The notes: generated from the letters alone by a model not told the origin. A stretch of 63,267 nucleotides of DNA, filler included, from Octopus bimaculoides (GCF_001194135.2; 6 parts of 6 records of this genome joined end to end with filler, not necessarily neighbours in it), one strand, 5' to 3'. Counted from the whole stretch's first letter, positions 43,556 through 53,994 are shown. Numbers and translations are program-made.

Positions 43556-44377
43556 NNNNNNNNNNNNNNNNNNNNNNNNNNNNNNNNNNNNNNNNNNNNN
43601 NNNNNNNNNNNNNNNNNNNNNNNNNNNNNNNNNNNNNNNNNNNNNNNNNNNNNNNNNNNNNNNNNNNNNNNNNNNNNNNNNNNNNNNNNNNNNNNNNNNN
43701 NNNNNNNNNNNNNNNNNNNNNNNNNNNNNNNNNNNNNNNNNNNNNNNNNNNNNNNNNNNNNNNNNNNNNNNNNNNNNNNNNNNNNNNNNNNNNNNNNNNN
43801 NNNNNNNNNNNNNNNNNNNNNNNNNNNNNNNNNNNNNNNNNNNNNNNNNNNNNNNNNNNNNNNNNNNNNNNNNNNNNNNNNNNNNNNNNNNNNNNNNNNN
43901 NNNNNNNNNNNNNNNNNNNNNNNNNNNNNNNNNNNNNNNNNNNNNNNNNNNNNNNNNNNNNNNNNNNNNNNNNNNNNNNNNNNNNNNNNNNNNNNNNNNN
44001 NNNNNNNNNNNNNNNNNNNNNNNNNNNNNNNNNNNNNNNNNNNNNNNNNNNNNNNNNNNNNNNNNNNNNNNNNNNNNNNNNNNNNNNNNNNNNNNNNNNN
44101 NNNNNNNNNNNNNNNNNNNNNNNNNNNNNNNNNNNNNNNNNNNNNNNNNNNNNNNNNNNNNNNNNNNNNNNNNNNNNNNNNNNNNNNNNNNNNNNNNNNN
44201 NNNNNNNNNNNNNNNNNNNNNNNNNNNNNNNNNNNNNNNNNNNNNNNNNNNNNNNNNNNNNNNNNNNNNNNNNNNNNNNNNNNNNNNNNNNNNNNNNNNN
44301 NNNNNNNNNNNNNNNNNNNNNNNNNNNNNNNNNNNNNNNNNNNNNNNNNNNNNNNNNNNNNNNNNNNNNNNNNNNNN

Positions 44378-44434
<57 letters not shown>

Positions 44435-44819
44435 ATATCGTCTCTCATAAGTGACACAGCGTCAGTTGTATGATTATATTGACAAAAAACATATATATAT
44501 ACAAAAGTAGTTGTGTCTCAAAATTAAAAAGGTATTTGGACACGTTGGGTATCTTTTAAGGCATACACAACACTCAGGGGATTTCATTGTTTTTTTTTTC
44601 TGCATATGAAAGAGTCTATGAACTGATTAGATACATGCGAATTTATATACCGTTATATGTGTGTGTGTGTGTGTCTGTGTGCAGATAACACTGTCCCTCA
44701 CTCACTCTCTTTACACACGCACGCATACCTATAAATATATATATATATGCATGTATTTATATATGTGTGTGTGTGTGCATATATTTATAAGTATGTATGT
44801 ATATATATATATATATATA

Positions 44820-44919
44820 NNNNNNNNNNNNNNNNNNNNNNNNNNNNNNNNNNNNNNNNNNNNTTAATTAATTAANNNNNNNNNNNNNNNNNNNNNNNNN
44901 NNNNNNNNNNNNNNNNNNN
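44820..44919. other. Artificial scaffold linker
   Basis: 44 N + TTAATTAATTAA + 44 N. Confidence 0.97.
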
Positions 44920-45029
44920 GGGGGGGGGGGTCAAAAATTATTCACACTTTCATCATAACATATCTTTATTTATTATTGTCATGCTAGCTTCTGCACATGC
45001 GTGCTTATATTTGGTACTACTGTGGTCAT

Positions 45030-45250
45030 GTGTGGAGGCGCAATGGCCTAGTGGTTAGGGCAGCGGACTCGTGGTCATAGGATCGCGGTTTCGATTCCCA
45101 GACCGGGCGTTGTTAGTGTTTATTGAGCGAAAACACCTAATATATCCCCGAGAACTACGTTAAGGGTACACGTGTCTGTGGAGTGCTCAGCCACTTGCAC
45201 GTTAATTTCACGAGCAGGTTGTTCCGTTGATTGGATCAACTGGAACCCTC
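45030..45250 (+). mobile_element. SINE family D (tRNA-derived head), internally deleted
   Basis: GGCCTAGTGGTTAGGGCAGCGG box A and GGTTTCGATTCCC box B, followed by non-tRNA body. Confidence 0.7.
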
Positions 45251-45497
45251 CAATGAATTTTAGCACCTGACACACCTTCCGACCAGAGAAATTGGATCAC
45301 TGCTCTTTGTTNNNNNNNNNNAGCATGGAAAGCGGACGTTAAACGATGATGATGATGATGATGATTGCTTAGTAGAGTGGCCCTGCTTACACTGCTCGCC
45401 ATGGGGTTGGGAAGTGAGCTTATTACCACTCAGCTATGCCTGCACCTGTCCACTTTTCCATGCTTACATACGTCATATATGTATGTGTGTGTGTTAT

Positions 45498-45882
45498 TTC
45501 TTTACTACCCACAAGGGGGCTACACACATAGGGGACAAACAAAGACAGACAAACGGATTAAGTCGATTATATCGACCCCAGTGCGTAACTGGTACTTATT
45601 TAATCGACCCCGAAAGGATAAAAGGCAAAGTCGACCTCGGCGGAATTTGAACTCAGAACGTAGCGGCAGACGAAATACCTATTTCGTTATTGCCCACAAG
45701 GGGCTAAACATAGAGGGAACAAACAAGAACAGACGAACGGATTAAGTCGATTACATCGACCCCAGTGCGTAACTGGTACTTATTTAATCGACCCCGAAAG
45801 GATGAAAGCAAAGTCGACCTCGGCGGAATTTGAACTCAGAACGTAACGGCAGACAAAACACCGCCAAGCATTTCGCCCGGCG
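45498..45882 (-). mobile_element. Head-to-tail dimer of a family A SINE variant
   Basis: Two near-identical units of about 183-200 nt (45498-45680 and 45681-45882) with an alternative 3' tail. Confidence 0.88.
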
Positions 45883-46133
45883 TGTGTGTGTGTGTGTATG
45901 GGGGAGGCACGGTTGTATGGTTAAGTTCATTTCCGAAACACATGGTTTTGGGTTCAGTTCCACTATGTGGCACCTAGTCTTCAATTATAGCCTTGCGCTG
46001 ACCAAAATCCTGGGGTTATATATTATATGACTCAAGGATGGACTTTAACTGATGTAGTGACAAGTGAATCACAAAAAAGCATTACAAATATCAATATTAT
46101 GTATCTTTCGCGATTAAGTTGAGTGATACTTAC

Positions 46134-46214
46134 CAAAATGGTTCTCAGAATCCTTTCGATTTTTCACCAGAATATTGGTGGCACCCCTCGGAATAACCAG
46201 GAAATCATTGTAAC
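46134..46214 (-). CDS. PAPLN: Papilin-like exon 7: start of ADAMTS spacer domain
   Basis: ctttctattttttag|GT TAC AAT...TTT G|gtaagt; (G)YNDFLVIPRGATNILVKNRKDSENHF matches the spacer motif GYNxxxxIPxGATNI; 81 nt, phase 1 to 1. Confidence 0.93.
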
Positions 46215-46560
46215 CTAAAAAATAGAAAGTTTGAAACTATTATGAGATATCCTCGTCCCCTGCCAACCCTATGCTGCAATAAATGCTCTCGGCTCTTCTA
46301 TACAGCCCTTGGCCTAAACAGCCACCTAAAGCATCCTTCACACATATCAAGATGAAGAGGCTCACTCACATGCTATAGATTTAATACTCAGACATGAGTA
46401 AATGGCGGCGCCACTGGTTATGACAAGTGTGCCTATGGGCATATGGCGTAGTGGTTAAGAGCGCGGGCTACTAACCCCAAGATTTCAAGTTGGTTATGCA
46501 TGTGATAGGTTTTCTAGGTCTTGCATTTACACGTGCATTTGAACATAGATACATCCGCAT

Positions 46561-46730
46561 ATACGCAGGAGTGGCTGCGTGGTAAGTAGCTTGCTTACCA
46601 ACCACATGGTTCCGGGTTCAGTCCCATTGCGTGGCACCTTGGGCAAGTGTCTTCTACTATAGCCTCGGGCCAACCAAAGCCTTGTGAGTGGATTTGGTAG
46701 ACGGAAACTGAAAAAAGCCCGTCGTATATA

Positions 46731-46770
<40 letters not shown>

Positions 46771-46992
46771 TGTGTGTGTGTGTTTGTGTGTCTGTGTTTG
46801 TTCCCCCACCATCGCTTGACAACCAATGATGGTGTGTTTACGTCCCCGTAACTTAGCGCTTCGGCAAAAGAGACCGATAAAATAAGTACCAGGCTTACAA
46901 AGAATAAGTCCTGGAGTCGATTTGCTCGACTAAGGGTGGTGCTCCAGTGTGGTCGCAGTCAAATGACTGAAACAAGTAAAAGAGTAAAAGAG
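46561..46992 (+). mobile_element. SINE family B, full length
   Basis: tRNA-like head GGAGTGGCTGCGTGG...GGTTCAGTCCC, GGCACCTTGGGCAAGTG core, internal (TA)n(TG)n, GTAAAAGA tail. Confidence 0.9.
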
Positions 46993-47289
46993 TATACGTG
47001 TAAAAAACTAATGAAGCCCGCCCACACCTAAGCACTGAAGAGACATGCTCACACAAAATGCATAAATGCAGGTGCATACACCTACATTTATGCACAGACT
47101 AAACGAACCACATATTTACAAAGCCTGGGAACTCTCTTGACGCAAAAAAAGTCTTGTTGCTTTGTTGGCAGCCAGCTTGAACTCATTAAGAAGAGCTTAG
47201 ACAAATCTCAAAGAAAAACAAGCTCTCACACACACACACACTCATACATGCATACACACATATACACATAAATACATGTACACACACAC

Positions 47290-47346
<57 letters not shown>

Positions 47347-47434
47347 CTCATATATGCATATACATGAACAGATGTANNNNNNNNNNTAAATACATGTACA
47401 CACACACATATATATATATATATACATATTTAGG

Positions 47435-47572
47435 ATGAGGTGCTGAAAAGTTCCTAGCTTTAAGGGTGTCACAAAAAGCCTGGTTGGAGGACCCAACCTT
47501 CCAAGTTCTTTTATAGGGCTTAGAAAAACTGAAGGACTGCTGCTGCAATAAGTGTGTGAATCTGATATATAC
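47435..47572 (+). mobile_element. Internally deleted mariner/MITE fragment
   Basis: TIR-like TGAGGTGCTGAAAAGTTCC start followed closely by a transposase C-terminal remnant (KLKD.CNKCVNL); about 80 nt inside the intron after exon 6. Confidence 0.5.
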
Positions 47573-47652
47573 ACTCCCTGATGCAGATCTATATGTACCC
47601 CCTCCTATCCACACCCACACATACACAGCTTCAGGAAGTGAAGAACACTGAC

Positions 47653-47776
47653 CGTTCTTGAGTTTAGTGGTTTCCACAGACTTCTTGACTGTCTTGCAGT
47701 GCTTTCCTGCACCTCCACAGATCCTGCAAGCATCCTCTACTTTGGAAGACCCTAGTACTCGATCACAGCCAACGCT
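47653..47776 (-). CDS. PAPLN: Papilin-like exon 6: end of cysteine-rich module
   Basis: tttttctttttttcag|AGC GTT GGC TGT...AAC G|gtcagt; SVGCDRVLGSSKVEDACRICGGAGKHCKTVKKSVETTKLKN; 124 nt, phase 0 to 1. Absent from the ORF track in this frame. Confidence 0.95.
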
Positions 47777-48167
47777 CTGAAAAAAAGAAAAAGAACAAAT
47801 GAAATGGCAACAAGAAGAAGAAGAAGAAGAACGGGTACAAGGTGCAAGAAAAACTGCTTCCCTCAGCTACTGTCACCAGCTAACCCTCCTTGTAGGGGAT
47901 ACAAGTGGAACCAAAGGTGTTACTCTCCTTCTACTGGTACACAGCTTCTTTACGACTCAAAACTACAAAGCCACCTTCCTGGTAACTGGGTGCTGCAAGG
48001 TACCCCAGTTACCCTGTTTCTAAGCAGTAAGGGGATCTTGGAGCAGCAGGGGGCACAAGAGAGTAAGTAGGACATTGTGTGAACAGTGTTATATCACTGA
48101 GCAGTAAATATCACCGATGAGGTAGCAAGGCCTGATATGATTCCATTGTGGAAGTCCTCATCTTATT

Positions 48168-48386
48168 TACTCCTTTACTCTTTTATTTGTTTCAGTCATT
48201 TGACTGCGGCCATGCTGGAGCACCGCCTTTAGTCGAGCAAATCGACCCCAGGACTTATTCTTTGGATGCCTAGTACTTATTCTATCGGTCTCTTTTGCCG
48301 AACCGCTAAGTTACGGGGACCTAAGCACACCACCATCGGTTGTCAAGCGATGCTGTGGGGGGACAAACACAGACACAGAAACATAT

Positions 48387-48417
<31 letters not shown>

Positions 48418-48495
48418 NNNNNNNNNNNNNNNNNNNNNNNNNNNNNNNNNNNNNNNNNNNNNNNNNNNNNNNNNNNNNNNNNNTCCTGCGCCTAT
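48168..48495 (-). mobile_element. SINE family B, inverted copy spanning an N gap
   Basis: 48168-48400 is the reverse complement of the 3' half of 46561-46992; TCCTGCGCCTAT after the gap is its 5' end. Confidence 0.88.
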
Positions 48496-48596
48496 TTATT
48501 TAATAATTCAACATAGAGGGCACCAGTCCACGTAAATGTGTAGGGGGGACACTGTGTTATCAATGACTGATGATGTACCAAAATCTGATATAATTT

Positions 48597-49018
48597 TGTA
48601 GGGAAGTGGTTATACACCATTAGGTGTACTCCGCTTCCGTACATTAAATTTCTTGAAGAAACAACGGAACGCAGATTCTGAACAACACAACAATATTTAT
48701 TTACAGTGGAATTCGGCTCATGCTTGGAGGGAATTCGGTTGCTCATCGCCTTTGGTTACTGAGACGCCATTTAATGAAGTTTGTGGTTATTTGTGTAGCT
48801 CTAGTGCTGGAATGTTGGAGAGAGCTCGGTGGGACGTCTAGGCTCGACGGAGATCAGCGAACGAAGAGAGTGAGAAAAGGCGCCAAAGCTGGGTGTCGAA
48901 CTCTACGCATGCGCATGAGACTCTTCCTGTATTCCTTCTGGAACTAGTCCCTGCGCATGCGTGGATAAAACTCCGGACATTGACCATATAACAGTCGTCT
49001 GCTATAGGTGTCACTACA
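48597..49018 (-). mobile_element. Solo LTR (Ty3/gypsy-like)
   Basis: TGTAG...CTACA inverted termini, 4-bp ATTT duplication on both sides (48593-96 and 49019-22), minus-strand AATAAA near 48700, 422 bp, no coding sequence. Confidence 0.75.
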
Positions 49019-49028
49019 ATTTCATTAA

Positions 49029-49250
49029 CCCTTTTGTTACTGAATTTCTGTTGAGATGCTCTGTGTTTCTTTCAATTAATTTTAAATATAACAAAGAATT
49101 TAGTAAAATAACTTAGTTATCATTAAGCTAGTGTTAGGAACATGAATTGTGACTAAGGTTTGGTGGAAGATTTTAATTCAGAACTTATGAAAACAAGACG
49201 TTTGTACTACAGAGCCAGAGGTGATTTCAGCCAGGTTGGTATCAAAAGGA
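49029..49250. mobile_element. piggyBac-type MITE
   Basis: TTAA|CCCTTTTG...CAAAAGGA|TTAA (TTAA at 49025-28 and 49251-54); 222 bp, non-coding. Confidence 0.7.
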
Positions 49251-49274
49251 TTAAAAATATCATGGTGACTTTAA

Positions 49275-49357
49275 CCCTTTTGTTAGCATATTTCTGTTGA
49301 GATGCTCTGTGTTTCTTTCAATTAATTTTAAATATAACAAAGAATTTAGTAAAATAG
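49275..49357. mobile_element. Truncated second copy of the same MITE
   Basis: TTAA then an about 83-bp near-identical repeat of 49029-49111. Confidence 0.7.
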
Positions 49358-49452
49358 CAATTTCCACAAATATTTAACATAGGTTTGCAAAATAATCCTC
49401 GCAAATATCTAAATAGAAGCATGAACTAGATGAGATTAATATAAGAATTGAA

Positions 49453-49671
49453 AAGCAGCGAGCTGGCAGAAATGTTAGCACACCGGACGAAATGCTTAGC
49501 AGTATTTTGTCTACCGTTATATTCTGAGTTCAAATTCTGTAGAGGTCGACTTTGCCTTTCATCCTTTCGGGGTTGATAAATTAAGTACCAGTTGCATACT
49601 GGGGTCGATCTAATCGACTGGCCCCCTTCCCCAAAAAATTTCGGGCCTTGTGCCTGGAGTAGAAAAGAATT
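49453..49671 (+). mobile_element. SINE family A, full length
   Basis: Near-identical to 40386-40590. Confidence 0.9.
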
Positions 49672-49806
49672 GGAACCTTGATCACTTGGTTTCATAACCT
49701 CAATCCCTAACCACTGAACCACTGTCATACTTGAGATGAAACCACTTAAAAAAAAGGGAAGGAAATGGAAGAAAGAAAAAGAGAGTCGTGTCTCTGGGTT
49801 TCTTAC

Positions 49807-49940
49807 CTTACATGTGCCATCCACACACACCTCTGTGCCATGTGCATTACACGGTGTGCCATCCACGACCTTGTCCTTCATGGTTTGGCGCAAGGTTCCG
49901 TTCACAGCTGAACACACCAAGGCACATCTGTCAGCATCAT
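49807..49940 (-). CDS. PAPLN: Papilin-like exon 5: cysteine-rich module
   Basis: ctttgtag|AT GAT GCT...TGT AAG|gtaaga; (D)DADRCALVCSAVNGTLRQTMKDKVVDGTPCNAHGTEVCVDGTCK (KVVDGTPC and CVxGxC); 134 nt, phase 1 to 0. Confidence 0.95.
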
Positions 49941-50084
49941 CTACAAAGGGACAGACAGACAGACACATTACGAAATGGTTTTAAAAAAATGTTGGGGTGA
50001 CAAGAAGAAAAATAGTTAGTATATACATCTACATTATGTTTCACTCACTTTGATCTATGATAGTCATTATTATAGTCAGGTGTC

Positions 50085-50290
50085 TAAGTTACGGGGACGT
50101 AGACACACCAACATTGGTTGTCAAGTGATGTTGGGGGAACAAACACAGACACAAAAACACACACACACACACACTTATACGATAGGCTTCTTTCAGTTTC
50201 TGTCAACAAATTCACTCACAAGATTTAGGTCTGTCCGAGGCTAAAGTAGAAGACACGTGCCCAAGGTGCCATGCAGTGGGTCCAGTCCCA
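50085..50290 (-). mobile_element. SINE family B, partial
   Basis: Reverse complement of the core and internal part. Confidence 0.8.
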
Positions 50291-50307
50291 CTGCATTGAT
50301 ATTATCA

Positions 50308-50338
<31 letters not shown>

Positions 50339-50394
50339 TATTATTATTTTCTATTTTCATTCTCTTCCATCTAAGATTAAACCTGTGTACTCAC

Positions 50395-50494
50395 CGCCAA
50401 GATATGGGACCCATTCGTAGTAAACGTCTTTGATAGGCTTTTGATTGAAGTCAGCACACTGGATTGACCGGAAATCGGTGTCATCTGGACAATC
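50395..50494 (-). CDS. PAPLN: Papilin-like exon 4: start of ADAMTS cysteine-rich module
   Basis: tttcag|GAT TGT...GGC G|gtgagt; DCPDDTDFRSIQCADFNQKPIKDVYYEWVPYLG (DFRxxQC and YEWVPY); 100 nt, phase 0 to 1. Confidence 0.95.
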
Positions 50495-50710
50495 CTGAAA
50501 ATATAATGGAAACAATAAGTAACCATGGTTACTGGTATGAGGGATGCAACAGACAAGGGATTGGTAGGGTACAGGCCACTCATCCATCTTAACTAGATTG
50601 TGAGGTATGAAGTAGTGGGTGGAGAGAGGTAGAGGTTGTAATGACAAGTTGGGGGGGAGCATGCGATGTTGAGGGGGGAAATGAGGGGTAGGTAAGGAGT
50701 AATGAGGGGG

Positions 50711-51060
50711 TAGAAGAGGGAAATGTGGGACAGAGTGGGAACTGTGGGATAGAGAGAAATTGTGGGGTAGAAGAGAATTGTGGGGTAGAGGGAAACTGGG
50801 ATAGAGAGGGAATTGTGGGATTGAAGGGGAATTGTGGGATAGATGGAAATTGTGGGGCAGAGGGGAACTGTAGAATAGAAGTGGATTGTAGGATAGAAGG
50901 AAATTGTGGGATAGAAGGGAATTGTGGGATAGAGGGGATTGTGGGATAGAGGGGATTGTGGGGCAGAGGGAAACTGTGGGATAGAGGGGACTTGTGGGAG
51001 AGAAGGGAATTGTGGGGCAGAGAGGAACTGTGGAATACAAGCAGATTGTAGGATGGAAGG
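50711..51060 (+). repeat. 18-bp G-rich minisatellite, about 19 units
   Basis: Consensus approximately AGAGGGAATTGTGGGAT(A), in intron 3 of the papilin-like gene. Confidence 0.9.
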
Positions 51061-51502
51061 AGGTAGCCAAGCGAACTGTACTTGTCCCTGGGTGGTAGAC
51101 ATAATACATGTCACCTGGTTTAACATCACCAGCAACAACACTAACACCACCACCACCAGTAGCACAAGTAATACCAGCGCTAACACCACCACCAGCAACA
51201 CCTAAACCAACTGAAAGGAGAAGCCTTTATGTGGGTCACTTGGCATGCTAGAAATAGTAGCCAAATCTCTTCCTCCCACTCATTTTTACTGTCTTATGAA
51301 AGGTAATGAGGTCATGAGCCCTCACTGTAGATGGGAGAAAGACTGGGTGGCCATGGTTGGAATGCGTTTGATCACAGGTGTGGATGGTTACGGTTGACCC
51401 GGGGTTAAGCAATGACATTACAGCAACAACAACAATGACAACATCAACAACAGCATCAACAGCAGCAGCAGCAGCAACAACATCAACATGGTCAAGACTC
51501 AC

Positions 51503-51554
51503 CTGGGTATTGCAAGATGTGTACTTCACTTTGTTTCCAAGGCAACCTTTATTG
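51503..51554 (-). CDS. PAPLN: Papilin-like exon 3: end of TSP1 repeat
   Basis: tttctctttctatcag|C AAT AAA GGT TGC...ACC CAG|gtgagt; (S)NKGCLGNKVKYTSCNTQ; 52 nt, phase 2 in and phase 0 out, matching both neighbours. Confidence 0.92.
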
Positions 51555-51639
51555 CTGATAGAAAGAGAAAGAAAACAAAAGAAAAACGTTATCGTTTATG
51601 AAGGAACTACAAAATGTCTTGCTTTCTGTCATTCATCCA

Positions 51640-51800
51640 ATGTGTGAGGTGTGACTGTGTGATAAGAAGCTTCCTTCCCAACCACGTGGTTCCAGGTTCA
51701 GTCCCACTGCGTGGCACCTTGGGCTAGTGTCTTCTACTATAGCCTCGAGCTAACCAAAGCCTTGAGTGGATTTGGTAGGCAGAAACTGAAAGAAGCCCAT
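51640..51800 (+). mobile_element. SINE family B 5' half, followed by an expanded TG-rich array
   Basis: Head and core as in 46561; array to about 52100. Confidence 0.82.
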
Positions 51801-52412
51801 CGTGTGTGTGTGTGTGTGTCTGTGTGTGTGCATGTGTGTCTGTGTGTGTGTATGTGTGTCTGTGTGTGTGTATGTGTGTCTGTGTGTGTGTATGTGTGTC
51901 TGTGTGTGTCTGTGTGTGTCTGTGTGTGTGTCTGTGTGTGGGTGTATGTGTGTCGGTGTGTGTGTGTGTATGTGTGTCTGTGTGTGTGTGTGTGTGTCTG
52001 TCTGTGTGTGTGTATGTGTGTCTGTGTGTGTATGTGTGTCTGTGTGTGTGTATGTGTGTCTGTCTGTGTGTGTGTATGTGTGTCTGTGTGTGTGTGTGAG
52101 AGGAGGAGACCCCTTCGGTCATGGATGCCCATGGGATTGCACCTAAAAAGTTACCCTCCGAGGCACAAGTGTGTATGCATATGTGTGCATATGCTTATAT
52201 GCATACAAATATGCGTATGTATATAAGTATATTCATATATATACATATATGTGCATATTTATGCATTTATGCATGTGTGTGTGTGTGTGTGTGTGTGTGT
52301 TTATACACATATACACATGTATGTGCATGTTTTTTGTGTGTAGATATAAAATATTAAAAAAATTAAATTTTAAAAAAAAGATTATAAAATTGTAACCCCC
52401 TCCCCTCTGATA

Positions 52413-53002
52413 TTAGACAGTGTCATGTGACAACTTGCTGGGGCTACTTGCTGGAGCCTAGCAGCGGGAAGTTTAGACAGTGTCATGTGACAACTTGCTG
52501 GTGCTGCCTACTGGACCCTAGCAGCAGATATAAAAAGGGGAACTTGACATGACGATCAGTCGGACGCTGACACCCGTTGATGCTGCATCGAAGAGGCCAG
52601 GGAATAGAAGAAAGAAGACATGCACCCAACATCAGAGCTGAAGACACCTCCGAAAAGGGGGGGCCCCGCCACGTCAAAACGGTAGAGGTTCCTCCTGATG
52701 ATGTCTTGAGCTAACTGGATCCTAATCCACCAAGGGAAGGTATGTCTGAAGAAAGTAATTCAACAACGCGGGTTGATAAACTGTAAGACATGTGGCCAGA
52801 ACCTCCTGGAAAATAAGCATAGCGAGGGACATTCCACAGTTGAATTAGAACCGTCACAAACAGTGAAAGAAGACATGCACCCAACACCAGAGCCGAAGAC
52901 ACCGCCGAAAGGAGGGGCCCCGCCACGTCAAAACGGTAGAGGAGTAGGGGACGAAACCGGAAGTGGTTCCTCCTGATGATGTCTTGAGCTAACTGGATCC
53001 TA
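52413..53002 (+). repeat. Two nested direct duplications
   Basis: 60-bp period repeat (52413 and 52473) and a 115/138-bp repeat (52610-52724 and 52865-53002) differing by a 24-nt indel. Confidence 0.9.
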
Positions 53003-53089
53003 TAAAGGAGCTTGTTGTGGTAGCAGACCACGAAACATGGTTGAAATTCCTCCTCCTTAACCACATGACAAGCAGGAGTGTTCACTCAC

Positions 53090-53208
53090 CTTCTGTCCAC
53101 ACACGTTCTTGTAGACTTTACCACACCTCCTCCACAAGTCCGAGAGCAGACACCGTCAGTCCAAGAGTTCCAATTTGAATTCGTCTCATTCGTGGGTTGT
53201 CCATGAAG
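53090..53208 (-). CDS. PAPLN: Papilin-like exon 2: first half of TSP1 repeat
   Basis: LHGQPTNETNSNWNSWTDGVCSRTCGGGVVKSTRTCVDR with WxxW and CSRTCGGG motifs; donor AG|GTGAGT at 53089, phase 2. The acceptor (AAG at 53211-53209) is the least certain boundary. Symbol is by recalled family resemblance; it could be a paralog. Confidence 0.85.
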
Positions 53209-53523
53209 CTTCGGTTTGGTTCGGTTTTTTAATTTAAGTTTCATTGTGTTCGTTAAGTTTCATTACATTTCCAGGTTTTAATGAAGCATGAGGCAGAGAA
53301 ATAAAAAGAGAGAAAGAGAAAAAGAGACAAAGATTGAAAATAAGAAACCAGATCTGACCTCTCACACCAACCCTACAATGTTAGTCTAAAAATAATCAGT
53401 CACATAAGCATGTATCCATATATATACATACATACATACATACATATATATATATATATACAACCACATACAACCATAAAGATATAACGTGGAAGGCAGA
53501 AGTTAAACGATGATGATGATATG

Positions 53524-53554
<31 letters not shown>

Positions 53555-53559
53555 ATGCA

Positions 53560-53860
53560 CAGATCGTTGCCAGTGCCCCTGGACTGGCTCTTGTGCGGGT
53601 GGCATATAAAATACACCATTTTGAGCGTGGCCGTTGCCAGTACCGCCTGACTGGCCTTCGTGCCGGTGGCACGTAAAAGCACCCACTGCACTCTCAGAGT
53701 GGTTGGCATTAGTAAGGGCATCCAGCTGTAGAAACTCTGCCAAATCAGATTGGAGCCTGGTGTAGCCACCTGGCCCACCAGTCCTCAGTCAAATCGTCCA
53801 ACCCATGGTAGCATGGAAAGTGGACGTTAAACGATGATGATGAACGAATGATGATGATAT
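53560..53860 (+). mobile_element. Retroposon 3' portion with (GAT)n tail
   Basis: GGTTGGCATTAGTAAGGGCATCCAGC...AGCATGGAAAGTGGACGTTAAACGATGATGAT; the same tail occurs at 45322-45363 and about 53490-53520. Confidence 0.7.
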
Positions 53861-53889
53861 ATATATAGGCGTAGGAGTGGCTGTGTGGT

Positions 53890-53989
53890 NNNNNNNNNNN
53901 NNNNNNNNNNNNNNNNNNNNNNNNNNNNNNNNNTTAATTAATTAANNNNNNNNNNNNNNNNNNNNNNNNNNNNNNNNNNNNNNNNNNNN
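53890..53989. other. Artificial scaffold linker
   Basis: 44 N + TTAATTAATTAA + 44 N. Confidence 0.97.
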
Positions 53990-53994
53990 ATGAT

